Shown piece by piece: positions 42,732-54,134 of a stretch of DNA of 64,000 nt. The stretch spans positions 1,216,001-1,280,000 of the forward strand of contig CBDEGZ010000003.1 in the NCBI GenBank assembly GCA_965238175.1. Direction: 5' to 3'. The notes below the pieces were generated by a model that saw nothing but the letters and a program-made list of their open reading frames with translations, had not been told where the DNA came from and ran no database searches. Within the stretch, counting starts at the first letter, position 1. Each line of letters starts with the position of its first letter. The position numbers and the translations under genes are program-made. This stretch comes from Gammaproteobacteria bacterium (GTDB lineage Bacteria; Pseudomonadota; Gammaproteobacteria; CAJXQU01).

Positions 42732-44252
42732 ATGATCTATGCACAACCAGGAACAGAAGGCGCTGTCGTATCCGCTAAATTGCGTTACGGCAATTTTATT
42801 AACGGTGGCTGGGTTGAACCAGTAAAAGGAGAGTACTTCTCGAATGTAAGCCCTGTGAATGGAGAGAGCTTCTGTGAAATACCTCGCTCAACGGAAGAAG
42901 ATATAAACCTTGCCCTTGATGCTGCCCATGCTGCTAAAGATGCTTGGGCTACAACCTCTGTTACAGAGCGCTCAAATCTAATGCTGAAAATTGCAGATCG
43001 GATCGAAGCCAATATTGAAATGCTCGCGGTTGCTGAAACATGGGACAATGGCAAGGCTATACGTGAAACACTCAATGCTGACGTGCCACTTTGTGTTGAT
43101 CATTTCCGCTATTACGCAGGTTGTATTCGAGCTCAAGAAGGCACGATGGGTGAGATTGATAATGATACAGTCTCTTACCAGTTTCATGAGCCTCTTGGCG
43201 TCGTTGGTCAAATTATTCCATGGAACTTCCCACTGCTTATGGCAGTATGGAAAATTGCACCGGCGTTAGTCGCTGGAAATTGTATTGTGTTGAAACCTGC
43301 AGAACAAACACCATTTTCTATTTTAGTATTGGTGGAATTGATCGGTGATCTATTGCCACCAGGTGTACTAAATGTTGTTAATGGTTACGGTAAAGAAGCA
43401 GGTCAAGCACTAGCAACTAGCAAGCGAATTGCTAAGATAGCGTTTACGGGTTCTACACCTGTTGGATCACATATTTTGAAGTGTGCTGCAGAAAATATCA
43501 TTCCATCAACGGTGGAATTAGGTGGTAAATCTCCAAATATCTTTTTTGAAGATATCATGCAACAAGAAGAGGATTATATCAGTAAATGTGCCGAGGGCGC
43601 GGTGCTAGCATTTTTCAATCAAGGTGAAGTTTGTACTTGTCCATCACGCGCACTCATCCAGGAAAGCATCTATGAAGAATTTGTTGCAATAGTTATAGAA
43701 CGTTCTAAAAATATCATCCGTGGTAATCCATTAGATACGGACGTCATGGTTGGTGCACAAGCCTCAAAAGAACAATTTGATAAGATTTTAAGTTATATGG
43801 AAATTGGTAAGAATGAGGGCGCAGAAGTGCTTCTCGGCGGTAAAGTTGCACAAGTTGGGAATGATTATGATAGTGGTTTTTATATAGAACCAACCTTGCT
43901 TAAAGGAACGAATGATATGCGCATCTTCCAGGAAGAGATTTTTGGTCCGGTTGTATCAATCACTACGTTTAAAGATGAAGCGGAAGCATTGGCTATTGCG
44001 AATGATACCGAGTTTGGACTGGGTGCTGGCGTTTGGACGCGAGATACAAACCGGGCTTATCGTATGGGCCGTGGTATTCAGGCTGGTAGAGTTTGGACTA
44101 ATTGTTATCACTTGTATCCTGCACATGCAGCATTTGGTGGTTATAAAAAATCAGGTGTGGGTCGAGAAACTCATAAGATGATGTTGGATCATTACCAACA
44201 AACTAAAAACCTGTTGGTTAGTTACAGTACTAGCCCACTTGGTTTCTTCTAA
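42732..44252 (+). CDS. NAD-dependent aldehyde dehydrogenase (AldB/AcoD/ExaC type)
   Basis: [35 protein letters not shown]-terminal PLGFF. Confidence 0.93.
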   Translation: MIYAQPGTEGAVVSAKLRYGNFINGGWVEPVKGEYFSNVSPVNGESFCEIPRSTEEDINLALDAAHAAKDAWATTSVTERSNLMLKIADRIEANIEMLAVAETWDNGKAIRETLNADVPLCVDHFRYYAGCIRAQEGTMGEIDNDTVSYQFHEPLGVVGQIIPWNFPLLMAVWKIAPALVAGNCIVLKPAEQTPFSILVLVELIGDLLPPGVLNVVNGYGKEAGQALATSKRIAKIAFTGSTPVGSHILKCAAENIIPSTVELGGKSPNIFFEDIMQQEEDYISKCAEGAVLAFFNQGEVCTCPSRALIQESIYEEFVAIVIERSKNIIRGNPLDTDVMVGAQASKEQFDKILSYMEIGKNEGAEVLLGGKVAQVGNDYDSGFYIEPTLLKGTNDMRIFQEEIFGPVVSITTFKDEAEALAIANDTEFGLGAGVWTRDTNRAYRMGRGIQAGRVWTNCYHLYPAHAAFGGYKKSGVGRETHKMMLDHYQQTKNLLVSYSTSPLGFF

Positions 44253-44271
44253 ATATAAATAAAAAAAACTA

Positions 44272-44305
44272 AAACTTCTCATCATTATTGATGAGGAGTT
44301 TTTTA
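44272..44305. terminator. Bidirectional-type terminator
   Basis: AAAACTTCTCATCA-loop-TGATGAGGAGTTTT. Confidence 0.7.
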
Positions 44306-44627
44306 TTAGTGATAATTGAAATTCAAAACGAACTGAGTTAAATGAGAATAAGCTGAAATTTGAGTGCTATATTCTTTGAGTAAAAAAGTTAGTGCAAATT
44401 GATAAGCGAAGCTAGTAATAATGCCCGGAGTTTTGATCTAGCAAACATGTATGCGTCTTGTTCTGCGGCGTGGGTACTGACATTCAGTCAATAACTGTTG
44501 CTTTCAGAGTTCCCTAAGGGTGGAAAAAAGTCTTCGATATCACAGACAATCTTTTTCGTTTACTAATAATTGTTTTCAGGTTTTTAGATAGAGCAAATCC
44601 TTTAATCATAGAGTAGTGTGTACCTGG

Positions 44628-45602
44628 TCAGAAATTCCACCCATCAATTGGCAGTTTCACAGTAAATGTAGTTCCTTTACCTAGCTCACTTTCAACTTCG
44701 ATAGTGCCACCATGTTCTTCAATAATGCCATGAGAAATAGAGAGACCCAGGCCAGTACCTTCACCAACAGGTTTTGTAGTAAAAAAAGGTGTGAACAGAT
44801 TTTCTAAGTTTTCTTCGCTAATACCTGATCCTGTATCACTAAAGCTAGCAACAACATAGCTATCCAATTTTTTTGTTTCTATTGTGATTGTACCTTGTTC
44901 TTTTATTGCTTGACTCGCATTGACGATCAAGTTCATAAATACCTGATTTAGTTTTCCGACATGACAATGTATATCAGGTAGAACACCATAGTTTTCTACT
45001 AGTTCACAATGATATTTAAGTTGATTACTGAGTAACCTAAGTGTTGATTGGATCGACTCATTAATATTTGTGCTTTCTTTTTTTCCTTGATCTTCACGCA
45101 CAAAATCTTTTAAGCCTGCTACAATTTCTTTAACTCGTTCAATGCCTTCTTTGGTTTCTTCGATTAGGTCATCAGTATCTTCTAGTATGTACTCTACTTC
45201 TTCGTTTTCAATATAATCCGAAGTCGAGCTAATTATTTTGGGTAGATCTTCGAGATTATTTGCATGTTCAATAATATTCAAAAGTTTCGAATGTGAATTT
45301 TTAAAGATTCCGATATATGAACTGAAAGTATTGATATTGCTGAGAACAAATCCAATGGGATTATTAATTTCGTGAGCAACACCCGCCGATAAAACACCTA
45401 AAGAAGCCATCTTTTCGGATTGCACTAACTGCCGCTGTTTGTGTTTTAATTCTTTATGAGCACTGCTCAAACTACTGTGTGCTTCTTTGAGTTCTTCATA
45501 AGAGAGGAACAGTTCGCGTGACTTATTTTCTAGCAGTTTTTCAGCTTGTTTTCGTTGTTTTCTTTCGCGCTCAAAAGCACGTTCTAAAACGGCGATGTCC
45601 AT
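44628..45602 (-). CDS. Cytoplasmic histidine kinase coupled to H-NOX
   Basis: AGVAHEINNP H-box, NQVFMNL, DTGSG, FFTTKPVGEGTGLGL. Confidence 0.92.
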   Translation of the reverse strand: MDIAVLERAFERERKQRKQAEKLLENKSRELFLSYEELKEAHSSLSSAHKELKHKQRQLVQSEKMASLGVLSAGVAHEINNPIGFVLSNINTFSSYIGIFKNSHSKLLNIIEHANNLEDLPKIISSTSDYIENEEVEYILEDTDDLIEETKEGIERVKEIVAGLKDFVREDQGKKESTNINESIQSTLRLLSNQLKYHCELVENYGVLPDIHCHVGKLNQVFMNLIVNASQAIKEQGTITIETKKLDSYVVASFSDTGSGISEENLENLFTPFFTTKPVGEGTGLGLSISHGIIEEHGGTIEVESELGKGTTFTVKLPIDGWNF

Positions 45603-45610
45603 AGGTGATG

Positions 45611-46147
45611 TTACTGCATAGTGATGTGCAGGTGACAGGAATTTTCGCCATCATGCATACACACATCATGCGTCAAAGAATATTGTGTATTGAAATGTTT
45701 TGCTGAGCCGGCTATTAACCCTTCAGCTAACATGCATAGTTTTCGTGGAGAGCTGTAAACCATTGTGAGCTCATTATCTTCCTCATCCACGTAATTAAAT
45801 TCGGGTAAACCTGCTTCAGGAAAAAGTTTTTTGACTTCCACATGAATTACTCGATCAACGGTTAGTAAAAAGCTTTTAAGATCCATACCCTCTTTAAAAA
45901 AAGTAGGATAGTTACTGTGGAAGTGAGGCAGCATAAATTCACCAAAACTTCGCACTAGATCATTGGTAGCAATTCCGGTTAATTTGCTTGCTTCCCCTAC
46001 AAGTTTAAATAGTTCTTCATCGGGGTAGGTTTCGGTGGCAATATAGCAGCCTTCTAAGCCAGTCTTAGTTAGTAGTGTATCCATGGCTTCCAGACCAAAT
46101 TTTTCTTCAACCATTTCGTTCAATAAAGTAAAAACTACACCTTTCAT
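45611..46147 (-). CDS. H-NOX (heme NO-binding) protein
   Basis: MKGVVF start, IHVEV proximal His region, YSSPR (YxSxR). Confidence 0.9.
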   Translation of the reverse strand: MKGVVFTLLNEMVEEKFGLEAMDTLLTKTGLEGCYIATETYPDEELFKLVGEASKLTGIATNDLVRSFGEFMLPHFHSNYPTFFKEGMDLKSFLLTVDRVIHVEVKKLFPEAGLPEFNYVDEEDNELTMVYSSPRKLCMLAEGLIAGSAKHFNTQYSLTHDVCMHDGENSCHLHITMQ

Positions 46148-46310
46148 ACTATTTCTCCTATTGGATAGAAAAGATCATGGATTCTCTTCTATGGCGAAAT
46201 TTATAAATCATCAGATTAGTCTTCCAAAAAGTTGGTAGATTATTTTTTGATAAAGAAAGTTAATATCACATAGTTAATCAGGCAATTACCGTGCCCAAGA
46301 AAAGGATATT

Positions 46311-46638
46311 TATACCTGTGCCACTTGGAACTGCAGATTTCAGCGATTCCAAGCATCTACACAGGAAGGCTGCGTACGCCGAGAGTAGCCTAGTGTGTAA
46401 TTTGGCCATTCTAACGCCGTTGTGTGGACGCTTGAACTCGCCCTTGATGCATGTTCCAGACAGCATTCTATCTCCTGTGTTCATGCAGTCGTTTGGGTGA
46501 CGCTATTATTCTCGCTGGGCAGCGTTGTGTTTCTTGAAAAGAGCCAAGTAACTAACAAGGCCCTTTCCGACGCAACATGCCTTGCCAGCAAGAATGATAG
46601 AGCCACTGATACCTGTATTTCCAGGTGGCACGGGTATA
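46311..46638. mobile_element. ERIC-like MITE, long form (second copy)
   Basis: Colinear with 10226-10561; TIRs TATACCTGTGCCACTTGGAA / TTCCAGGTGGCACGGGTATA. Confidence 0.8.
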
Positions 46639-47039
46639 TATCTATGTATATGGTTTATAGATTTATCATGATCCTTTGATAGGTTTCTAATATTCCCAAA
46701 TCTTTTTTGGTCAGCATACATTTTGATAACTCCATATAAATTTAGTAATAACATGGCAAAGGTGCTTCCTAGTGTTTACAGATATATTGGATGAATTAAA
46801 AGCATGAATTAAAAAGTCAAATACTTCTATCAAACATTTCTTTTTTAATATATTGAGTTCTATACCTTATTTGAGATTTGTATTTTCATTCTTTTGGGAC
46901 TGGTGTAATTATTTGTGTAGCTATCGGGAAAATTAGTGAGTAATTATCAAACTAAAATATCTTTGGCAAATAAAATTTGAAGTTTATTTATTTTCACAAA
47001 AACTGACTTGAGTCTTCAAGTATTTTTAGTAAATATTTA

Positions 47040-47828
47040 TTATTTTCGACTCCTTTCGATCACATCATATGCAGCCTGAATTTCTTTAGCTTGTTCTGTT
47101 GCGACAGCGATCATATCTTCAGGTAGACCTTGGCCGATGAGTTTGTCGGGGTGATATTTACTCATCAATTTACGATACGCACGTTTGATTTCTTTATCGG
47201 TATTATCTTTAGTCACACCCAGAGCCTTGTATGCCTCTTCGATTGCTGAAGCAGAAGTGGGGCGTTGGGCAGAACCTGAACCATCACCAGAAAAATGAGC
47301 CTGGTTTAGCGCCATATCCAGCATCTGTTGAAAGTCGGTTGAGCTAAAACCAAGTTGTTCCGCAGTTTGTCGTAAAAATGTTTCTTCAGCTGAATGAAGA
47401 TGACCATCGACAACAGACATCACGATCAAATAAAGCATTAACATTTGCGGTAAGTTATTCGTATGGCCGCAAATGGAAATAAACTTTTTTAACTGTTCTT
47501 GCGAATCATAGTTATCTGCTGAACCCTGTCTAAAATAATTGATTGCCGTTTGCCTGTGTTCAGCAGACATGCCCATTTGCTTGATAAAATTTTCGGTATG
47601 ATTGATCTCCTCTGGCGAGATATGACCGTCAGCTTTTGCCAGCTTGCCCATCAAACAAAAGACCGTTTCAACAAATATAGCTTGTCGCTGTCCGTGGCTA
47701 AATGGATTAACACCACCAAGCCCATAGTCGCGAGATCTATCTATAGTGCTACCAATAAAGTAACCAAAGATTGCACCGGGAAAATTAAACGCGAAATAGC
47801 CTAAAACAGCACCAATAATTTTAAACAA
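47040..47828 (-). CDS. djlA: Co-chaperone DjlA
   Basis: N-terminal TM, TerB-like LAKADG, C-terminal J-domain YHPDKL..GLPE.M. Confidence 0.9.
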   Translation of the reverse strand: MFKIIGAVLGYFAFNFPGAIFGYFIGSTIDRSRDYGLGGVNPFSHGQRQAIFVETVFCLMGKLAKADGHISPEEINHTENFIKQMGMSAEHRQTAINYFRQGSADNYDSQEQLKKFISICGHTNNLPQMLMLYLIVMSVVDGHLHSAEETFLRQTAEQLGFSSTDFQQMLDMALNQAHFSGDGSGSAQRPTSASAIEEAYKALGVTKDNTDKEIKRAYRKLMSKYHPDKLIGQGLPEDMIAVATEQAKEIQAAYDVIERSRK

Positions 47829-48575
47829 GTGAACCCCTGTTGTTGATAGGTAGCATGATTACTACTCAATGTTTCATTACTAATAATATCAGATCTGAAG
47901 AGTAATACTGACTAACCTGAAACGAAAAATGAAGAAATTCAACGTTAGAATAACAATTTCTATTAAGTAGAGGTTCTACTGAAGTAGGACAAAAACGACA
48001 TGGATAGCAGCTCATTATTATACACCCTGATGATGCCGCATAACGTAATATAAAGGATGGTGATTAAGTAATGGTTCAAAATGATCGTGGATCTTTTGAA
48101 GTACTTGCAGAAGTAAGCGAAAGTGTTATGCGGGTATTCTTCAGACTAATGTCGGATACTGGATTGAATCGCACGGGTACAGCTGTTAATTCAACAACAC
48201 CTGATGGACACTGCAACTTAGGGCAGGCTGGGCTCTATATCTGACAACTTTACCTATTATTATCAGTGCCGCCAGAAACCAATGAATCATGAAGAGTGTG
48301 CCATGATGGAGTCGATCAAAACCATTGCTGTTGAGACTGTAATGGTCTAAATAAAGTTGAATAAATTTATAGTGATTAAATCACTACATAGGAACGAATA
48401 CCAAGAAGCTTGGTATTCTGTAGCAAGCGCAAGTGCAGGTTAGGTTTGGAGTGGAACAACTCTTTAGTATTTAGAAGCTATTGGCACTTGGAAACAATTA
48501 GCGATTGGTACTATATAGATTACGTACTGTAAGGGTAAACTCCTTACATATATAATTTTTTAAAACATAGGATAT

Positions 48576-48887
48576 TTGACTATGGGACATATAGTGACTG
48601 ATAAATGCGTAGATTGCCGTTTCACCGACTGTGTAGAGACATGCCCTGTTGCCTGTTTCCATAGCGATAATGATCGGCTTTATATCAACCAAGACCTTTG
48701 TGTAGATTGCGGCGCATGTATACCTGCCTGTCCCGTCCACGCCATTTACGACATTGTGGATATGCCTGACGAATATGAACCCTGGATTGCCATAAATAAA
48801 GAACGGTCAGAGGCACTCCCTTCTATAACCGCTAAAGAAGAACCTAAATCTACCGCCGAGGCGAGAAAAGTCGAACTGGGTTATTGA
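48576..48887 (+). CDS. Ferredoxin (FdxA-type dicluster)
   Basis: CVDCRFTDCVETCP and CVDCGACIPACP. Confidence 0.88.
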   Translation: MTMGHIVTDKCVDCRFTDCVETCPVACFHSDNDRLYINQDLCVDCGACIPACPVHAIYDIVDMPDEYEPWIAINKERSEALPSITAKEEPKSTAEARKVELGY

Positions 48888-48923
48888 TAAAAAAACAGGT
48901 TTTTAAATCCAGGCTATTAAATA

Positions 48924-50309
48924 ATGGGATCATTAGGAACAGAAGAAAGGCCTCTTAAGGTTGCCGTTGTAGGAAGTGGGCCAAGTGGATTTTATGCTGC
49001 TGAGGCGTTGATTAAATCTGCCTATCGCGTTCAAGTAAACATGGTAGAAAAGCTGCCTGTTCCTTTTGGTTTGGTGCGCTACGGTATTGCGCCTGATCAC
49101 CCAAAACTGAAACTGGTTAATTTGTTATTTCACAAGATTGCACAGGATCCGAATATTCATTTTTATGGCAATGTAGAAGTAGGAAAAGATCTAACAATAG
49201 AGGAATTAAAAGCCACACATCATGCGGTAATTATTTGTTCCGGTGCTGAAACGGATCGGCGTCTAGGTATTCCGGGTGAGGATCTTACAGGTTCACATAC
49301 GGCGACAGAATTTGTTGCCTGGTATAACGGACATCCAGCTCACTGCGATACTCAATTCGATTTGGCAAATGAAACAGCAGTGATTATAGGTCAGGGCAAC
49401 GTTGCTGCGGATGTCTGCCGCATACTTGCCAAACCCGTTGATGAGCTTCGCAAAACGGATATAACAGAACATGCGCTGGATCTTCTTGCCACTAGCCAGG
49501 TGCGCCAGATCCACGTGATCGGCAGGCGTGGTCCTGCACAGGCAAAATTCACCAACCGTGAGCTGAAAGAACTCGGCGAAATATCCGATTGTACTACTAT
49601 CACCAATCCTGAAGGTTTAGTATTAAACACTCAAGATGCAATTGAACTAGCAGACAAAAGTAATGACAACGCCGCGAGATTATACGAGACCTTCCAGAGA
49701 TTCAGCCAGAATACAGTCGGTACTGCATCACGCGAGATCCACTTTCACTTTTTGTTAAGCCCAACGGATTTTAATGGTACACAACATCTTGAGAGTCTTT
49801 CATTGGTTAGAAATGAATTGATCGGAGACGTTTTTAAACAATCTGCTCAGGCAACGGAATCGACAACTCAAATCGATTGCGGACTATGCTTTCGTAGCAT
49901 CGGTTATCTTGGACAAGGCATAAGAGGCGTACCTCTAAATTCAAAACGAGGTGTTATTCCGAACGATAAAGGCCGAGTCACTAACAATAGCGGAAAGATT
50001 GAAAATAAGATCTACGCTTCTGGCTGGATTAAGCGCGGACCTTCTGGAATTATTGGAACCAACCGCGCAGATAGTGTCGAAACTATCGCCACATTACTAG
50101 AAGATCTACCTATCTTGGATGACGTTAATGTTTCATCAAAACTGGATCAGTTTATGGAGTTGGTGGAACAGAAGAACATTAACTTCGTAAATTACGATGA
50201 TTGGTGCAAAATTGATGCTGCTGAAATTGAGCGAGGTAACAATTTGGGTAAACCACGGGAAAAATTTATTGATGTTGCTGAGATGCTGGCTGTTACACAA
50301 CAGAGCTAG
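48924..50309 (+). CDS. Ferredoxin--NADP reductase (adrenodoxin reductase / FprA type)
   Basis: VVGSGPSG, PFGLVRYG.APDH, GQGNVAAD, GWIKRGPSG.IG.N. Confidence 0.9.
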   Translation: MGSLGTEERPLKVAVVGSGPSGFYAAEALIKSAYRVQVNMVEKLPVPFGLVRYGIAPDHPKLKLVNLLFHKIAQDPNIHFYGNVEVGKDLTIEELKATHHAVIICSGAETDRRLGIPGEDLTGSHTATEFVAWYNGHPAHCDTQFDLANETAVIIGQGNVAADVCRILAKPVDELRKTDITEHALDLLATSQVRQIHVIGRRGPAQAKFTNRELKELGEISDCTTITNPEGLVLNTQDAIELADKSNDNAARLYETFQRFSQNTVGTASREIHFHFLLSPTDFNGTQHLESLSLVRNELIGDVFKQSAQATESTTQIDCGLCFRSIGYLGQGIRGVPLNSKRGVIPNDKGRVTNNSGKIENKIYASGWIKRGPSGIIGTNRADSVETIATLLEDLPILDDVNVSSKLDQFMELVEQKNINFVNYDDWCKIDAAEIERGNNLGKPREKFIDVAEMLAVTQQS

Positions 50310-50337
50310 TATTTGAACTTCAGAAAATAATAAATAA

Positions 50338-50641
50338 CGCAGCAGATTCTCAATCAGGCCGTTTCTGGCAGAATCGAGGAGATGATGGTCTCGTCAGAGA
50401 AAAGCAGCTTTTGATTGATTATTTGTCTGCTAACGCAGGAAGCCCAATGTATTACATAGGCCGGGATATGAAGACATCGCATAAGGGCATGAAAATCAGT
50501 GAAAGAGATTGGTCAATATCTTTAGGACATGCAGGTGAAACCATGACCGGATTGAATGTTCCTAGGCAGAAATGTGATGAAATTGTTGCCTTCGTATTGA
50601 GTTTAAAAAGCGATATGGTCGAAGCTTACTACCTCTCGTAA
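50338..50641 (+). pseudogene. N-terminally truncated group I truncated haemoglobin
   Basis: Frame reads RFWQNRGDDG...EKQLLIDYL...AGSPMYYIGRDMKTSHKGMKISE.DW; the LYERLGG-type N-terminus is absent. Confidence 0.65.
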
Positions 50642-50720
50642 TTCAGTGCATCATCCACTTCCTTTATACAAAAATATGCTGGAGAGTATTGCCTGTGAAC
50701 GACAGGTTTGGGTAATGTCT

Positions 50721-52225
50721 TCAACTCAGTTTTCTAAACAGAAAACGAACTGGCCATGTCAGAATCATAAAGAAGGAGGCTACAATTTTGCATCCCAAAT
50801 ACAATGCGCTAATTATGAAAAATACGCTACCTAAAATGCCAAGATAAATGAAGATGAAAATTATTGTTCGACAGAGATTCAACAGGATGAAAGATATCCA
50901 GGAACCATCATTTTCTTTCGATTTTTTAGGCCAGATTTTCGCCACAGCTTTAGCCAAAAACCATCGGGTAAAAAGAGTGCTAGAACACCAAATATAATAT
51001 TACTTAAAAGTAAGGTATGAATCCAAGAGGGTATACCTTCAATAATTCGACTATCCAATTCTTTTTGATGAGACTGATTATGTGTATAAAGAGATATTGA
51101 TCGCACGACTATATGTGCTGTTAGGTTGGTTACGGTATTACTTTTAGAGATTACATTTTTATTATCGATCACATTTGATGGTGAGCTACGAAATGCGACA
51201 TAATTTTCTGAGTTGTTGGTTAGATTCAGTGAAATTGGATTTTTTTTCTGACTAAAGTTTGATAAAAAATCACCAAAGGTTGTTGTGGAAAAGGCTTCTT
51301 CAAGTTGTTTCTCTTTTAAAACATTTTTCCAGGGTAGACGACTACTGCCTAGCTGTGCAGCATTTTCTGTTTCTAAAATTATCAAATTAACATTATTTTC
51401 TTTAGCGTGATTCTGTAGCTGGTTAATATCAAGCGATTCTGGTTTTATTTCCAACAGATCACCTTTACGTTTGCCAGTGACAATTAATGTCTGGTTTCGC
51501 AAGATATTGAAACTGGTTTCAATACTTTCTGGATTAATTCGTGTTAGATCGGGTACAGCCTTTTCTGTAACAGCTTGTATTGATGAAGGCATTCCATCAA
51601 AATCTGATGAGAAAGAAACAAGTCGCATATTCCCCGTATTAAAAGAAGTTGATAATCGCCAGAGCCCTTCTTTTAGTGCTTCAGGTGTTTTTGCATCAAC
51701 AAAAAGATTATTGCTTGTTTCTACTCGCCAATGTTCTGAGCGATTATTTTTCACCCATTTTAGTGGGAACGATTTATCGTTCCGAACAAGATGAAGTTGA
51801 TCCAGATCCTTTAATAAAGACAGTTCGTTTGATCGAAATAATTGGTCCTCAGAAACAAAAATCTTAAATGTTTTTGCCTTCTTGCCATTAGGAAGAAGAC
51901 TGTTGGTTTTAATATCTCGCAACACTGAGGCAACTTCATCAGGTGAATTAACCGACCAAGAACGGCCTGAATCAGAGATGAAATTTAGTTTCCCATCTGG
52001 TGTCACATCGACACCAACTCGAGAAATCCCGGGCTCATCTGGTAGATACCTAAGGCTACTTAAACCATCAAGTTGTCGTGCGGTCTTACCACCAACATCA
52101 GCGGCATTATCAACAGACTTCATCAAAAAGCTCAGTATTCCTGCATTAGCAGAAGTTACGAAAAGTACTAATACAAAGAAGCTGACAATTAAAAGGTAGA
52201 TCGTTCGCTGATTAATTATTTTCAT
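50721..52225 (-). pseudogene. Secreted/membrane hypothetical protein with C-terminal frameshift
   Basis: 448-aa ORF plus 78-aa ORF; one extra A in the run at 50936-50939 would give WLKLWRKIWPKK and restore the C-terminal TM helices. Confidence 0.6.
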
Positions 52226-52392
52226 ACGTAAATATATTTTTGGTTTAAGTTATGTAATAGGGTGATCGGAAATAGTTAGCGGCGTTTAATGATTTTAGTA
52301 CAGAATTTTTATATATTCACTTTAGAATCCTTTCATCGCAAATAAATTTAAATGGTGGAACGATTAAAGCTAATTGGAGAACTCAGGAATCC

Positions 52393-52428
52393 TTGATTTT
52401 ATTGATTTTATTGATTTTATTGGTTTTA
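52393..52428. repeat. 9-bp tandem repeat x4
   Basis: TTGATTTTA x3 plus TTGGTTTTA, intergenic between divergent genes. Confidence 0.85.
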
Positions 52429-52570
52429 GCCTTTTTTGCCTTTCAGGAAGACTTTGATAAAGTGAATGCAACATTTAAAGGATATCCTATTATTTAGACA
52501 ATACTATTAACCAACATACCTATCGACTAGAATACTTAATAATTACAAAATAGCTTAGGCTCGCTAAATA

Positions 52571-54134
52571 ATGAAAACACTAACCATTCTTATTCCTTAT
52601 GACCACAACGCTTGCTACTTTTGCACAAACAAACTACCAGCACCAAACCATCACCATTTTTAAAAATGGTTTGGTTTATCTTGAAAAAACAGCAGAAATT
52701 GAGGTGAAAAACCAGCAAGCAGTGCTCTACCCTTTGCCTTTTTCTTCTGACCACGGTGCGCCCATTGTAATGGGGAGTTTACAACTCAAGGCTGAGGAAA
52801 ACACCATCAATGAACTTAACTACACTCGGTAGAATGTAGGGAAAAATAAGGAGCAGTATTACGACAATCTCTCGGATCTTTTTAAAAACAACATCGGCGA
52901 TAAAATAAGTATAAGCACAGAACAGAAAACCGTAGAAGGCGATTTGAAAAACATAATCTATGAACATGGAGAGCAAGGAAAACTGATGCTTGTATCTGGA
53001 AAGAAAATTCATTTCATTCCTATTCACAGTGTGCTTGCTGTCAATTTTATTGGTAAACCTCAAGCGGCTGTTGATAAAGAAAAAGAAGGTGATTGGGTTT
53101 ATGCCCTACAATTTGCGAAAAACAAAAAGCAACAAGAACTTACTATTACGTATATACAAAAAGGCATGTCATGGCTACCTAATTACTACTTAGATTTTGA
53201 AGATGACAATACTGCCACCCTCAAACTAGAAGCAACGCTCATCAATGATATTGAAGATTTTGAAAATGCAGCAGTCAATTTAGCAGTTGGGTTTCCTTCT
53301 TTTCATTTTGAAAATATTGAGTCTCCCCTAACCAATCAACAAGAACTAGAGTATGTTTTACAGGGTATTAGGCTAGGTGAGGAAAATTATGGTTTAGGAA
53401 GTAATTCCCGGCTTAGTCAAAGCCTTGGTTTAAACGTCTCTCAAGCGGATACGTCTTATGCACCCGATGCTTTGCCAGAAAATGTCAATCAGGAGGATTT
53501 ATATTTCTTTAAAAAAGAATCTATTTCAACTAAAAAAGGCAGTCGTATAGCCGTTCCTATTTTTGAAACTAAAATTAAGTATGAAGATCTCTATAAAGTT
53601 AGGCTTCAATCCAATTTGGATCGCCATGGAAAATGGAACCAACAAGATCAGCAGAAAAATCTAGTAGCTCACCATATTGGATTTAAAAATGAAACGGGTT
53701 TTCCTTTCACCACGGGGTCTATTCTTTATAGAAAAAAAGAGCACAACAAACTGAATTTTTTAGCGCAAGGAGAACTTAAATATACAGCGGCTGCTGGGAA
53801 AACTAAGCCTAAAATGACGGTTTCTGCAGATGTTCGTGTGATTGAAAAAGACAAGGAAACATCCCGTAAGGAAATGCATGACCAATACAATCGGTCGTAT
53901 TATTTGATCAATGTGGAAAGTACTATTGAGATCACCAATTATAAACCTGAGCCTATTGCTGTGGAAATCAACAAACTTGTTGCTGGAACACTTAAGAAAA
54001 GCACCATAAACTGGAATACTCAAACAGAAATTGCACAAGACAACAATCCACAAAATGAAGTGACGTGGAAGCTAAACGCTACGGCTGGAAAAACAACTAC
54101 GATAGTGTATAGCTACCAGTACTTTTCGAAGTGA
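52571..54134 (+). pseudogene. DUF4140/DUF4139-like secreted protein, disrupted
   Basis: Frameshift near ATG 52571, in-frame TAG at 52830-52832, frame continues into the 396-aa ORF (ITIFKNG, Y...GMSWLPNY motifs). Confidence 0.65.

Noticed and set aside
52830-52832. Pyrrolysine or recoded TAG readthrough
   Set aside because: The same gene also has a frameshift, neighbours are decayed, and TAG terminates intact genes such as recJ and lspA.
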